Below the pieces are notes generated by a model. That model was given only the letters and a program-made list of their open reading frames with translations. It did not search any database and was not told the origin of the DNA. Position numbers and translations under genes: made by a program. A DNA stretch of 53,508 bases from Clostridium bornimense (lineage in GTDB: Bacteria; Bacillota; Clostridia; Clostridiales; Clostridiaceae): positions 1-53,508 of the forward strand of contig NZ_JAHLOD010000025.1 of assembly GCF_018917145.1 (NCBI RefSeq), read 5' to 3'. Positions 39,461-49,072 of this stretch are shown piece after piece. Position 1 is the stretch's first letter. Each line of letters starts with the position of its first letter.

Positions 39461-39672
39461 ATTAAATAACTCCTTTCGTAAATTTAATTTCATTATACAA
39501 GCCAATGGAATAAAATGGAAATAACTTTTAATATGATATAGTTTAATTGGATGAAAATAGTGTCTATTATCTTGTATATACTAGTCAGTATAAAAAGATA
39601 ATAAGTTATTCTATATATATAATTTTTATGAGATAATATAATCAAAAATTATAAAATTGGGGATAAAAAGTT

Positions 39673-40002
39673 ATGATTGATTTAAATAAATTAATTTCAG
39701 GTGATATATCTAATTATAGTGAAGAAGAAGTGTTGTATATAAAGGAATTTAGAAGTATTCTTAGAGATGTATTAATTGATGAAATTGTTAAAAATAAAAT
39801 ATTTAAGTTTGAAAATGAAATAAAAAACAATAAGAATAAGTTTGAAGAAGAGATATCTAGTATTATAATTAATGGTATTAAAGGATTGAATGATATGACT
39901 ACAGAAGTTATATTAAATATATATCTTGAAGATAATAATCAAGAAAACTTTATTGCTTTAATTGAGAAAGTAGAAAAGGATACTATAAGTAAGTTTAGTT
40001 AA
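39673..40002 (+). CDS. Hypothetical small acidic protein.
   Basis: ORF with an upstream GGGGATAAAAAG region. No family recognised. Confidence 0.3.
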   Translation: MIDLNKLISGDISNYSEEEVLYIKEFRSILRDVLIDEIVKNKIFKFENEIKNNKNKFEEEISSIIINGIKGLNDMTTEVILNIYLEDNNQENFIALIEKVEKDTISKFS

Positions 40003-40026
40003 TTTACAAAAGAAGAGGAGAAAAAT

Positions 40027-40380
40027 ATGATTTATATACAATATCCTAAATGTACTACATGTATAAAAGGAAAGAAATTTTTAATAAATAACAATATAGA
40101 ATTTGAAGATAGAAATATAGTGGAAAATAATCCAACTAAGGAAGAACTTTCGTTATGGATAAAAAAGAGTGGATTAGATATAAAAAAGTTTTTTAATACA
40201 TCAGGAAAGTTATATAAAGAGATGGGATTGAAAGATAAGCTTAAGGATATGTCTCATGAGGAAAAGATAGATTTATTATCAACAAATGGTATGTTAGTTA
40301 AGAGACCTATTTTAATAAAAGATGATGTAGTACTTGTAGGATTTAAGGAAGATCAATATAGAGAATTAATAAAATATTAG
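40027..40380 (+). CDS. ArsC/Spx-family thioredoxin-fold protein (YffB/Spx/MgsR-like).
   Basis: N-terminal CxxC (YPKCTTCIKGKKFL) at the position of the Spx/ArsC redox motif. It is 117 aa with a RPIL..D..VLVGF C-terminal pattern. Confidence 0.65.
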   Translation: MIYIQYPKCTTCIKGKKFLINNNIEFEDRNIVENNPTKEELSLWIKKSGLDIKKFFNTSGKLYKEMGLKDKLKDMSHEEKIDLLSTNGMLVKRPILIKDDVVLVGFKEDQYRELIKY

Positions 40381-40536
40381 ACATATTATAAAAGTTATAA
40401 CATCTTATTTAGCACTAGACTATGATATAATAAATACAGTAAAATTAAGTAAAGAGTATATAACGGAAATTCTTTTGATATTGAAATAGATGTGATCAGT
40501 ACATTATTTTTATAAAATTAATGGGGGGAAGTAAAA

Positions 40537-41151
40537 GTGGATAAGTTAAGGTTATATTTGGTAACGGATTCAGAAATATTAAAGGGTAGAGACTTTTATG
40601 CAGAGATAGAAAATGCTTTAAGAGGTGGAGTAACTGCAGTTCAACTTAGAGAAAAGAACTGTGATGGAAAAGAGTTTTTGGAAAAAGCTATTAAGCTTAG
40701 AGAACTTACAAGAAAATATGGTGCATGGTTTATAATTAATGATAGAATTGATATAGCACTTTTATGTGATGCTGATGGTGTACATGTTGGTCAAAGTGAT
40801 ATCCCTGCCATAGAAGCTCGAAAGATTTTAGGGAATAATAGAATAATTGGCGTATCTGCAAGGACAATAGAAGAAGCAAAAGAAGCTGAACTTCAAGGAG
40901 CAGATTATCTAGGAGTTGGTGCTATTTTCCCAACAAGTACTAAGTCTGATGCAAAAATTGTTACTATGGAACAATTAAGAGCTATAAGAGAATCTGTAAG
41001 TATTCCAGTAATAGCTATTGGTGGATTAACCTTAGGAAGGGTAAGATTACTTAAACAATATAATATAGATGGATATGCAGTGATTTCTGCTATATTGAAA
41101 AAAGATGACATATATGAAGAGTGTGTTAAGTGGAGTAATATGGTTAGATAG
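40537..41151 (+). CDS. thiE: Thiamine-phosphate synthase (GTG start).
   Basis: LYLVTD, VQLREK, DGVHVGQSD, GVSA and AIGGL are ThiE TIM-barrel motifs. Confidence 0.85.
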   Translation: MDKLRLYLVTDSEILKGRDFYAEIENALRGGVTAVQLREKNCDGKEFLEKAIKLRELTRKYGAWFIINDRIDIALLCDADGVHVGQSDIPAIEARKILGNNRIIGVSARTIEEAKEAELQGADYLGVGAIFPTSTKSDAKIVTMEQLRAIRESVSIPVIAIGGLTLGRVRLLKQYNIDGYAVISAILKKDDIYEECVKWSNMVR

Positions 41152-41213
41152 ATTTCCAATTAAAATAGACCTGAAGCAAAATATATTAATTTTATGCTTC
41201 AGGTCATTTTATA

Positions 41214-41948
41214 TTATTTATCATTTAAAACAATAGTTGAAATTTTATTTACAGTTCCATCATTATCCATTATTGAATATTTACTTTTTAATTTAGATTC
41301 TATCTTAGGTGATAAATTGGAATCGATATATATAGAATCTATTCCAAAATTATAGGATCCTTCAATATCAGCAATATAGTCATTGCCCACCATAATTGTT
41401 TCATTTTTGTCTAAATTAAGCTTTTCTAGTAATTGATTATAAAATAATGTATCTGGTTTACAAACTTGAAAATCAGAAGAAAATAATATATCATCAAAAT
41501 AATCTTTAATACCTAAAATTTTCATTTCATATAATGTAAATATTCTTTGAGCATTTGATAATAAATAAATCTTTTTACCTTTCTTTTTTAAAAGTTCTAA
41601 TAATTCTATAACGCCATCATAAAGTTTTATATAATTTATAGAAAATATTCTAAATAAATGTGCTGTATCATACAATGTGTCTTTTGATACATGAACATTT
41701 TTATCTTTAAAAAGTTCATCAAACACCTCTTCTATAACGATATCTGGATAATTGGTATTAGTTATGGCATTTTGAGCTTTTTTTACTTTCTTAATATAGG
41801 CTTTTTTTAGAGAGATAGGAGAATAAGCTGCTCCTTTAAATTTATAAAATAAAGATAGTTTTTCCCATAAAAGATCTGAATCTTCATCGGTATCTATATC
41901 TACTAATGTTCCATACAGATCAAATACATAGTTTTTATACATAAGCAA
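41214..41948 (-). CDS. HAD-superfamily hydrolase (subfamily IA).
   Basis: Motif I FDLYGTLVD, motif II LLSNAQ and motif IV GNDYIADIEGSYNFG. Confidence 0.75.
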   Translation of the reverse strand: MLMYKNYVFDLYGTLVDIDTDEDSDLLWEKLSLFYKFKGAAYSPISLKKAYIKKVKKAQNAITNTNYPDIVIEEVFDELFKDKNVHVSKDTLYDTAHLFRIFSINYIKLYDGVIELLELLKKKGKKIYLLSNAQRIFTLYEMKILGIKDYFDDILFSSDFQVCKPDTLFYNQLLEKLNLDKNETIMVGNDYIADIEGSYNFGIDSIYIDSNLSPKIESKLKSKYSIMDNDGTVNKISTIVLNDK

Positions 41949-42026
41949 ATTCCCACTTTCTTTATATAGTATATATAATATTCTATATAAGTTAAAAAAA
42001 ACCTTCCTTAATTGTAAATTAAAAGG

Positions 42027-42560
42027 GCAGGAACTGTGTACAAAGAAGTCAGATTAGAGTGCAGCAGTTTTTTCAGCAAAATAGAATATCAGTGCACAAG
42101 TATGAGGGCACAAGGCACAGGGATATATCAGTGCACAGTGATGGATGAAGTTCCCTTTGGGGAATTTCTGAGATTTTAAGTGCCACAATTTTGTACATAG
42201 AATAAGTTAGTTTTCTTAAGGTACTTGTATTTGATATAGAACTGTTACGGGAGGCTAATGAAGGTTGCACCTTCATATAGCTTGTAGTGGGAACCCATGA
42301 TTAATGAAAACAACACTTAAGTATAATAGTTTTATATATGCACTAAACATATCTATAAACACAATTCTAATTCGCTGTCCGCAGGACTTATAATATTTTC
42401 TCCACAGGGGAAAATTAACCGACATTGTGAACTGTGAATTGAACATAGGATATTTTTCCCATCGAGGAAAATTAACTGAAACTGTGCACTGAATTGTGCC
42501 ATAAGAAAAGGAGGTATCGCTCTAACAACTTTTTATGTGTTAATGCGGCACCTCCATATT
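42027..42560 (+). repeat. Copy B, the long form (~534 bp), of the GC-rich structured repeat family. It has the same 5' and 3' modules as copy A plus a ~340-bp segment inserted in the loop of the CAGTGCACAG/CTGTGCACT hairpin.
   Basis: Direct alignment with A. The internal segment contains a GAAGGTTGCACCTTC hairpin, AAACAACACTTAAGTATAATAG and a tandem sub-repeat (TCTCCACAGGGGAAAATTAACCGACATTGTGAACTGTGAATTG / TCCCATCGAGGAAAATTAACTGAAACTGTGCACTGAATTG). The 3' SD/anti-SD hairpin AAAAGGAGGTATCGC...GCGGCACCTCC ends 5 nt before the stop of the minus-strand gene 42565-42957. Confidence 0.8.
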
Positions 42561-42564
42561 TTTA

Positions 42565-42957
42565 TTAGTTTTCACTAAAGCCAAAAATATTTCTTTTATT
42601 ATAAATAAATATAAACATAAGTACAGGTAGAACAAGTGATATTATTAATCCTAAGAGATTGAATCCATTAAATATTATAGATGAAATAATAGAAAGTATT
42701 TCACCTATAAAGTAACCATAGACTCCTATAGATTTTTTCATGAGAATTAATATTGTAGATATTCCAATAACTATAGATAAAATTAAACTTACTATTAAAA
42801 TAGAGTTTGAGGGCATTTCCATACCCATTGATGTATAAGCTTTCTTTATAGAATCATTGAAAGCAAATATAGCAAAATAGCTAATCAGATTAGAAGCAAA
42901 ACCAATTAGTGTTAACACAGATATTGTAATAATTCCTCCGCCTAGTTTATTTTCCAT
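42565..42957 (-). CDS. Small polytopic membrane protein, hypothetical.
   Basis: Four hydrophobic helices in a 130-aa ORF. Confidence 0.4.
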   Translation of the reverse strand: MENKLGGGIITISVLTLIGFASNLISYFAIFAFNDSIKKAYTSMGMEMPSNSILIVSLILSIVIGISTILILMKKSIGVYGYFIGEILSIISSIIFNGFNLLGLIISLVLPVLMFIFIYNKRNIFGFSEN

Positions 42958-43142
42958 TAGACATCACTCCTTTTGAAATATTATACATTAAAGTAACAAA
43001 ATGTTCAAACATCATATTAATTAATTATATATAATTAAATTACAAATATAATTAAATTACAAATATAATATAATTTTACATAAAAGAATAAAATTGATAT
43101 AATTAGTGAAGTAATTTTAAATAAAGGGGGAAGAAATAAAAA

Positions 43143-44303
43143 ATGCAAAAGAAATATATTAGAATTATAATTATTGTGGCAATAATAGTTGTTTCTACAA
43201 TAGGATTTTGTTTAATTAATGCATTTAGTAACAATTCAAAAGAAGATGGATCAGATAAAATTAAATTTACAACAGTAAAAGGTCCTAAAAAAATATATGT
43301 AAATGGTACTGTTGAAGCAGTGGAAAGCAAAAACATATATTTAAATGCGGAGAAAGGAAAAATTGATACTGTATCAGTTACTGATGGACAAACAGTATCA
43401 AAAGGAGATGTGTTATTTTCATATAAAAATGAAACAATAACATCACAAATCGACGAATATAACAATGAAGTTAATAGCTATAATAAGAAAAAGTCTAGAT
43501 TACAAAGTAAAAGAGAAGAAGCAAAGAAAACTCTTAGTGAAAAGAAAAATCAGCTTTCAAAAATGAAAGATCAATTTGGTTATAATGATGAAGCTAGTAC
43601 TAATATATCTTCATTAGAAGCAGAAGTACAAAGTTCTGAAGCTACTGTAGCTTCACTTGATAGTGAGATAGAAGGTGTTGATGATTTAATATCTCAATCA
43701 AATAGTAAGTTATCCTCTATTAGAGGAAAAGAATATGAAAAGATAACAGCAGATGTTTCAGGGGTTGTAAGGATAGTAGGATCTCAAGATGATTATACAA
43801 ATCCATATATCATTATTGATAGTAAAGATATGCATATAAAAGGTAGTGTAAATGAAAAGTACATAAGAAAGTTGCAAAAAGATCAACAAGCAGATGTATT
43901 AATTATAGCAACAGATAAAACTGTTAAAGGAAAAATAGAAGATGTAAGTGATAAGCCAATGATTAACAAGGATATTGCAAATGCAAGTAGTAGTAGCAGT
44001 AACTTATCAAATTATGAAGTAACACTAATTTTAGATTCACAAGATAATATCTTAGAGGGATATCACATACAAGCTACTATTTATGATGGAAATAATGATA
44101 TAAGTATTTCTAAAAAATCAATACTTACAAAAGAAGGTAAGAGTTATGTATTTATTAATGAGGATGGTATTTTAACTAAAAAGAATGTTACTTACGAGAA
44201 AAAAGATAATAATAATGTAAAGATTTTAAGTGGATTAAAAGAAGGGGACAAAGTAGTTGCTAATCCATCTAGTACTACGAAAGAGGGAATGAAATGTGAG
44301 TAA
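43143..44303 (+). CDS. HlyD/MacA-type periplasmic adaptor (membrane-fusion protein) with an N-terminal signal anchor.
   Basis: TM anchor IIIIVAIIVVSTIGFCLI, a long coiled-coil hairpin region and beta-barrel/lipoyl segments. Operon context with MacB/FtsX. Confidence 0.75.
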   Translation: MQKKYIRIIIIVAIIVVSTIGFCLINAFSNNSKEDGSDKIKFTTVKGPKKIYVNGTVEAVESKNIYLNAEKGKIDTVSVTDGQTVSKGDVLFSYKNETITSQIDEYNNEVNSYNKKKSRLQSKREEAKKTLSEKKNQLSKMKDQFGYNDEASTNISSLEAEVQSSEATVASLDSEIEGVDDLISQSNSKLSSIRGKEYEKITADVSGVVRIVGSQDDYTNPYIIIDSKDMHIKGSVNEKYIRKLQKDQQADVLIIATDKTVKGKIEDVSDKPMINKDIANASSSSSNLSNYEVTLILDSQDNILEGYHIQATIYDGNNDISISKKSILTKEGKSYVFINEDGILTKKNVTYEKKDNNNVKILSGLKEGDKVVANPSSTTKEGMKCE

Positions 44304-44970
44304 TTTAATGGAGTTAAAGAATATTAATAAATATTATGATTTAAATAAAGATAAGTTACATGTATTAAAATCTCTAAATTTCAGCATAGAAAAAGGTGAA
44401 TTTGTAATGATAATGGGTAAGTCTGGGTCAGGAAAGACTACTCTTATGAATTCATTAGGTTTTTTAGATAGATTTGATGATGGTATTTATAATTTTAACG
44501 GTGAAAATGTAACTAATATTAGTGAAAATAAGAAATCTGAATTGAGAAATAGATACATGGGGTTTATTTTTCAACAATTTCATTTAATTGATTCACTAAC
44601 AATCGGAAAGAATGTTGAGTTACCGCTTTTATACAAAGGAGGGGTACCTCATAAGGAAAGAAAAGAATTAGTGGAAAAATATTTAAAACTAGTAGGTTTA
44701 GAAGAGAAAATAAATAGATTTCCCAAAGAACTTTCTGGTGGTCAACAACAAAGGATAGCTATAGCTAGATCTTTAATAAATGACCCATATGTAATTTTTG
44801 CTGATGAACCTACAGGAGCATTAGATAGTGAAACAAGTACACAGATTATGGAGATTTTGAAAAAGTTAAATGAAGAAGGAAAAACCATTATTATGGTTAC
44901 TCATGATGGTGATTTAGTACAATATGCTACTAGAGTAATTAGAATAAAAGATGGTGTAATAGTTGAGTAG
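44296..44970 (+). CDS. MacB/LolD-type ABC ATP-binding protein.
   Basis: GKSGSGKTT, LSGGQQQRIAIARSL, IFADEPTGALD and VTHD. Confidence 0.9.
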   Translation: MSNLMELKNINKYYDLNKDKLHVLKSLNFSIEKGEFVMIMGKSGSGKTTLMNSLGFLDRFDDGIYNFNGENVTNISENKKSELRNRYMGFIFQQFHLIDSLTIGKNVELPLLYKGGVPHKERKELVEKYLKLVGLEEKINRFPKELSGGQQQRIAIARSLINDPYVIFADEPTGALDSETSTQIMEILKKLNEEGKTIIMVTHDGDLVQYATRVIRIKDGVIVE

Positions 44971-44984
44971 AGGAGGGATGGTAT

Positions 44985-46181
44985 ATGTCTATAGTAAATT
45001 TAATAAAAACTTCTCTATATAGTATTAAAGCACATAAACTTAGGGTATTTCTTACGATGATTGGTATAATTATTGGAATAAGTTCTACCGTTGCTATTAA
45101 ATCAATTGGTGATGGATTATCACATTATATAACCTCGTCTATGGAAAGTTCTAATTCTAATAGATATCAAGTATATTTCAATTATGATAATGTGGATATG
45201 AGTTCAGATATGCTTGAACCTTTTGATGAAAATGATATTAATGATATTAGAGAGATAGAAGGAGTTACTGATGTAGCAGCATCTACAGGAATGGGATCTA
45301 CAGATCAAGGATATGGAGAAGCAAGGTTTTTTTCAAATACAAAACAAATATTTTATACTAGTTATGAAAATGTAAAGCCAGATATTCAAAGTGGTAGATG
45401 GTTTTATGAAGGAGAAGATAAAGATAAAACAATTGTAATTAATGAAGATACGGCAAAGACATTGTTTGATAATGTAAATGATGCGGTAGGAAAAGGTATA
45501 ACAATTAATGATGATACATATGAAGTAATAGGCGTTACAAAAAAATCTGAGAGTTTATTTGACTATGAAACATCTTATTATTGTTTTATATCTAAATATA
45601 ATCTTGAGAGTTTTAATAAAGCAGATTATATTTCATCAGTTTATTTCTCCGTTGATCCTAATTATGATACAGAAAATATATTTAGTAAAGTAGAGAACAC
45701 ATTAAGCAAAAATCATAACAATATTGGTGGAAAATATGATGTATACGATCCATCACAAGATGTACAATTGATAACAACAATGGTATCTGCAATAACAACA
45801 TTTGTAACAGCGATTACAGGAATAGCCTTATTTGTAGGTGGTGTTGGTGTTATGAATATAATGTATGTATCTGTAACAGAGAGAAAAAGAGAAATAGGAA
45901 TAAGAAGAGCAATTGGTGCAAAACCAATTACAATATTATTTCAATTTCTATTTGAAGCAATAATTGTAACATTTACTGGTGGCCTAATAGGGATTTTATT
46001 AGGATACTTATTAGGAAAAGGAGTAGGAAGCTTTATCCCAATTGATGGATTTAAAGCAGTGATGACAATGAAGACATTCTTAAGTTCTTCTATTATTTCA
46101 ATTATAGTTGGAATAGTTTTTGGAATAATTCCAGCAAGAAATGCATCAAAGTTAGATCCTATTAAAGCTATTTATCAATAA
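44985..46181 (+). CDS. MacB/FtsX-type ABC permease.
   Basis: N-terminal TM, a large extracytoplasmic domain and a C-terminal 3-TM FtsX domain. Confidence 0.85.
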   Translation: MSIVNLIKTSLYSIKAHKLRVFLTMIGIIIGISSTVAIKSIGDGLSHYITSSMESSNSNRYQVYFNYDNVDMSSDMLEPFDENDINDIREIEGVTDVAASTGMGSTDQGYGEARFFSNTKQIFYTSYENVKPDIQSGRWFYEGEDKDKTIVINEDTAKTLFDNVNDAVGKGITINDDTYEVIGVTKKSESLFDYETSYYCFISKYNLESFNKADYISSVYFSVDPNYDTENIFSKVENTLSKNHNNIGGKYDVYDPSQDVQLITTMVSAITTFVTAITGIALFVGGVGVMNIMYVSVTERKREIGIRRAIGAKPITILFQFLFEAIIVTFTGGLIGILLGYLLGKGVGSFIPIDGFKAVMTMKTFLSSSIISIIVGIVFGIIPARNASKLDPIKAIYQ

Positions 46182-46221
46182 TAGTTTGTAGTGTGTTTTT
46201 TATGTAGGTGGTAAGTATAAG

Positions 46222-46270
46222 AAGGTATCTTATTAGCAGAATTTCATTTGCTAGTAAGATACCTTTAGTT
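46222..46270. terminator. Bidirectional terminator between convergent genes.
   Basis: AAGGTATCTTATTAGCA-GAATTTCATT-TGCTAGTAAGATACCTT is a 14+ bp stem. Confidence 0.65.
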
Positions 46271-46273
46271 TTA

Positions 46274-47044
46274 TTAATAATATTTACTTTTTATTGCATT
46301 AATAATATCTTTAGAATTGTTACCAACTTGCTTTATGGAAAAGCCTAATAAAAGTGGAGAGGTAATAAATCTAGGAGCAATTTTGCAGATTATTTTTCCT
46401 TTCCAATCATAGAAAAATAGATTATAGCTATCACAGGGAGCATAATAGTCATTTAATATATATTTCACTATTCTTTGTATATTGTCAGAAAACTCATTTA
46501 GATAATCTAATGATTCTATAATTACATTAAATTCTGTAAAACAGTTTAGAGGTTCCTGTGATAGTGTTACAGTACAGTTGTTAGTTTTATGAATTATAGC
46601 GCCTTCGAAATATTTATCATCTAGTTTATCTCTATAATTAACATTTTTAAGTGCTACTAATTGCATATGTGAGTGTGATATAGAACCACCAGAGTGAGGC
46701 CCAAAATTTTTAAAGAATAATACAGATTTATAATTATCATCAGATTCTAACTTTAACCAGTGCTCTATTGAAAACTTCATGAGATTGAACATTTCTTCTT
46801 TAGAGTACATAGACATATCTTTATTACACCGATATGTTTCTATGATTACTAGTAAAAGAGCATCTTCTAAAGTTTGATATTTATTTTTTAATAATAATAG
46901 AGGACCTTCAGAATCAATTATATCCACTAAGGTTTCACGATGACAAAAGGGACAAATTGTTTTCGTATTATTCCAACTATTAGGTTTATTTTTGCTTACT
47001 TCTGATATAAATTTTAAATATATATCATTATTCATATTATTCAC
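46274..47044 (-). CDS. GalT-like HIT-superfamily nucleotidyltransferase homolog (DUF4931-like).
   Basis: Zinc-type CPFCHRE near the N-terminus and an HxHxQ motif (SHSHMQLV), as in galactose-1-phosphate uridylyltransferase half-barrels. Confidence 0.5.
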   Translation of the reverse strand: MNNMNNDIYLKFISEVSKNKPNSWNNTKTICPFCHRETLVDIIDSEGPLLLLKNKYQTLEDALLLVIIETYRCNKDMSMYSKEEMFNLMKFSIEHWLKLESDDNYKSVLFFKNFGPHSGGSISHSHMQLVALKNVNYRDKLDDKYFEGAIIHKTNNCTVTLSQEPLNCFTEFNVIIESLDYLNEFSDNIQRIVKYILNDYYAPCDSYNLFFYDWKGKIICKIAPRFITSPLLLGFSIKQVGNNSKDIINAIKSKYY

Positions 47045-47146
47045 CTACTTAAATGAAGTATATGGCCATAAAGATTAAGAAAACGTTATAAAATAATTAT
47101 ATCACTAAGATTAAAAAAATATAAAAATAGTTTTTTAATTTAACTA

Positions 47147-47175
47147 TTGACTTTTTAATATAAAATTAATATAAT
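47147..47175 (+). promoter_or_regulatory. Consensus sigma-A promoter TTGACT-17-TATAAT for the tRNA-Val-tRNA-Asp operon.
   Basis: Read directly. The TSS is predicted about 30 nt upstream of the mature tRNA-Val 5' end. Confidence 0.7.
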
Positions 47176-47213
47176 AGTACTTGCTTGAGATTTATTTTTT
47201 AAGTGACATGTAT

Positions 47214-47289
47214 GGGAGCATAGCTCAGCTGGGAGAGCATCTGCCTTACAAGCAGAGGGTCACAGGTTCGAGCCCTGTTGTTCCCACCA
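47214..47289 (+). tRNA. tRNA-Val (anticodon UAC), CCA encoded.
   Basis: The cloverleaf folds by hand: acceptor GGGAGCA/UGUUCCC, anticodon stem UCUGC/GCAGA with loop CUUACAA, T-loop GGTTCGAGCC, terminal CCA. Confidence 0.9.
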
Positions 47290-47294
47290 TATAT

Positions 47295-47371
47295 GGCTCA
47301 GTAGCTCAGTTGGTTAGAGTGCCAGCCTGTCACGCTGGAAGTCGAGGGTTCGAGCCCCTTCTGAGTCGCCA
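47295..47371 (+). tRNA. tRNA-Asp (anticodon GUC), CCA encoded.
   Basis: Acceptor GGCTCAG/CTGAGTC, anticodon stem CCAGC/GCTGG with loop CUGUCAC, T-loop GGTTCGAGCC, discriminator G plus CCA. Confidence 0.9.
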
Positions 47372-47379
47372 AAGGTAAA

Positions 47380-47418
47380 GTCGTTACACAATAGTGTAGC
47401 GGCTTTTCTTTTTTTATA
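47380..47418 (+). terminator. Rho-independent terminator of the tRNA operon.
   Basis: CGTTACAC-AATA-GTGTAGCGG followed by CTTTTCTTTTTTTAT. Confidence 0.65.
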
Positions 47419-47472
47419 AAAGTATATAGAAAATTAAATATAGGTAAAATATAAATATACTTTTATATTGAG

Positions 47473-48099
47473 GTGAAGATTATGGAAAAACAGTTTTTAG
47501 CCATAGAGAAAATTCTACTACAAGAAGAAAAACCGTCTATATTTATAGAAAAACTACTGAAATCTAATAACTTAAGTAAATATCCTTTTAATATGATAGC
47601 AGACCTTAATAATATACAACAAAATCCTAAATATCACCCAGAAGGAAATGTTTTCAAACACGTTATGATGGTAATAGATGAAGGTGTACCATATAGAGAA
47701 AAAGTTACAAATAAAAGAGCATTTATGTGGGCATTATTATTGCATGATATAGGAAAGACTCCAACTACAAAAATGAGAAAAGGAAGATTAACTTCTTATG
47801 ATCACGATAAAGTAGGGGCAGTTATGGCAAGAGAATTTATGGAGTATTTTAATGAAGATGAAGAATTTACATCATTAGTATCATCATTAGTTAGATGGCA
47901 TATGCAAAGTTTATATGTTAATAAGAACTTGCCATTTAAAGAGATAGATAAAATGGTTAGTGAATTAAATATAAATGATATAGTTCTATTTTCATTAGCA
48001 GATAGATTGGGAAGAGGGGGCGTAGATAAAGAAAAAAGAAAAGAGATATATAATGATATTGAAAAGTTCAGAAGAGTAATAAGTAAAAGTAATGAATAG
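47473..48099 (+). CDS. Stand-alone HD-domain phosphohydrolase.
   Basis: H...HD metal motif: YHPEGNVFKH ... LLHDIGK ... D. Confidence 0.65.
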   Translation: MKIMEKQFLAIEKILLQEEKPSIFIEKLLKSNNLSKYPFNMIADLNNIQQNPKYHPEGNVFKHVMMVIDEGVPYREKVTNKRAFMWALLLHDIGKTPTTKMRKGRLTSYDHDKVGAVMAREFMEYFNEDEEFTSLVSSLVRWHMQSLYVNKNLPFKEIDKMVSELNINDIVLFSLADRLGRGGVDKEKRKEIYNDIEKFRRVISKSNE

Positions 48100-48163
48100 G
48101 AAAAAACATCAATGGGAAAATTAAGAGAATACTATAATTATTTTTGATTGATGAGGTAGAGAT

Positions 48164-49060
48164 ATGATGAAAAAAGTTATATGTTGTGTACTTATTATTT
48201 TTAATATTTTAACTTTTACGGGAAAAGTATATGGAGCGGAAGATGATTATGATATTACGATGAAAAGGGATTTACTTATTTTAAGTATAGCTTATCCAGG
48301 ATATATAGTTGATTTTGAAAAGAATGATAAGGGAAATATATTTGTTATTATGAAGTCTGGACAGAAGCATATTTATGATGATAAACGAGTAAAAACTTTT
48401 GAAGAGAAATTTGCAAATCCAGATATACAAGATGTAATGGAGCAAATATATCCATTAGGATCAATTGATAAGGTTATGGATAAAAATATAGATCCAGGAA
48501 GGATACGACATTATGGGATTCTTAATGAAGTTTATGGAAAAAGTCGTGGTGAAATAGAAAAAAATTTAAAAGCTACTACTGAAGGTGTAACATTTAATAA
48601 TAAAAATGGTGCTGTAGAGCAACTAAATAAAGCTTTTAAAGGAGCTAGGGATTTATGCAAAAGGGACGGAAAAGCAGCAGCATGTTTTTATCCTATAAAT
48701 GGTACATATAATTATAGAGTTATATCTGGTACTGGTATGTTAAGTCCTCATGCTTATGCCATAGCAATAGACCTAAATAGAAATAATAAAGATTATTGGA
48801 AGTGGGCTACATTACAGCAAGGTAATGAAAGAATAAAAGAGTATTCAAAAGAATTACCTAAGGTTTTCGAAGAAAATAATTTTGTTTGGGGAGGAAAATG
48901 GAGTCACTTTGATATACTTCATTATGAATATAGACCAGAAATTATACTTAAAGCAAAATATTTTGGAGATGAATCAGTAAAAAGAGAGCATTGGTATGAT
49001 GGGGTACCAGAAGATATAGAAAACTTACAACAATTTATTGATAAAATAGATAAACTTTAA
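48164..49060 (+). CDS. Secreted M15B (VanY-like) D-alanyl-D-alanine carboxypeptidase family protein.
   Basis: Signal peptide. Zinc-ligand motifs SPHAYAIAIDLN and WGGKWSHFDILHYEY (SxHxxGxAxD / ExxH-type). Confidence 0.7.
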   Translation: MMKKVICCVLIIFNILTFTGKVYGAEDDYDITMKRDLLILSIAYPGYIVDFEKNDKGNIFVIMKSGQKHIYDDKRVKTFEEKFANPDIQDVMEQIYPLGSIDKVMDKNIDPGRIRHYGILNEVYGKSRGEIEKNLKATTEGVTFNNKNGAVEQLNKAFKGARDLCKRDGKAAACFYPINGTYNYRVISGTGMLSPHAYAIAIDLNRNNKDYWKWATLQQGNERIKEYSKELPKVFEENNFVWGGKWSHFDILHYEYRPEIILKAKYFGDESVKREHWYDGVPEDIENLQQFIDKIDKL

Positions 49061-49072
49061 AGGTGGTAACTT

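Noticed and set aside
40381-40536. Possible TPP riboswitch upstream of thiE.
   Set aside because: No CUGAGA / ACCUGAUCUGGAUAAUGCCAGCG-like THI-box elements are visible. The region is plain AT-rich leader.
42073-42276. 67-aa minus-strand ORF and the 63-aa ORF at 52502-52693.
   Set aside because: Both lie inside copies of the GC-rich repeat element. They are not conserved between copies and have no RBS, so I take them as non-coding.
43103-43465. 120-aa minus-strand ORF overlapping the HlyD adaptor start.
   Set aside because: It is antisense to a well-supported gene and AT-rich low-complexity.
47181-47378. 65-aa ORF in the six-frame track.
   Set aside because: It is entirely covered by the tRNA-Val and tRNA-Asp genes. 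It is an artefact of translating structured RNA.
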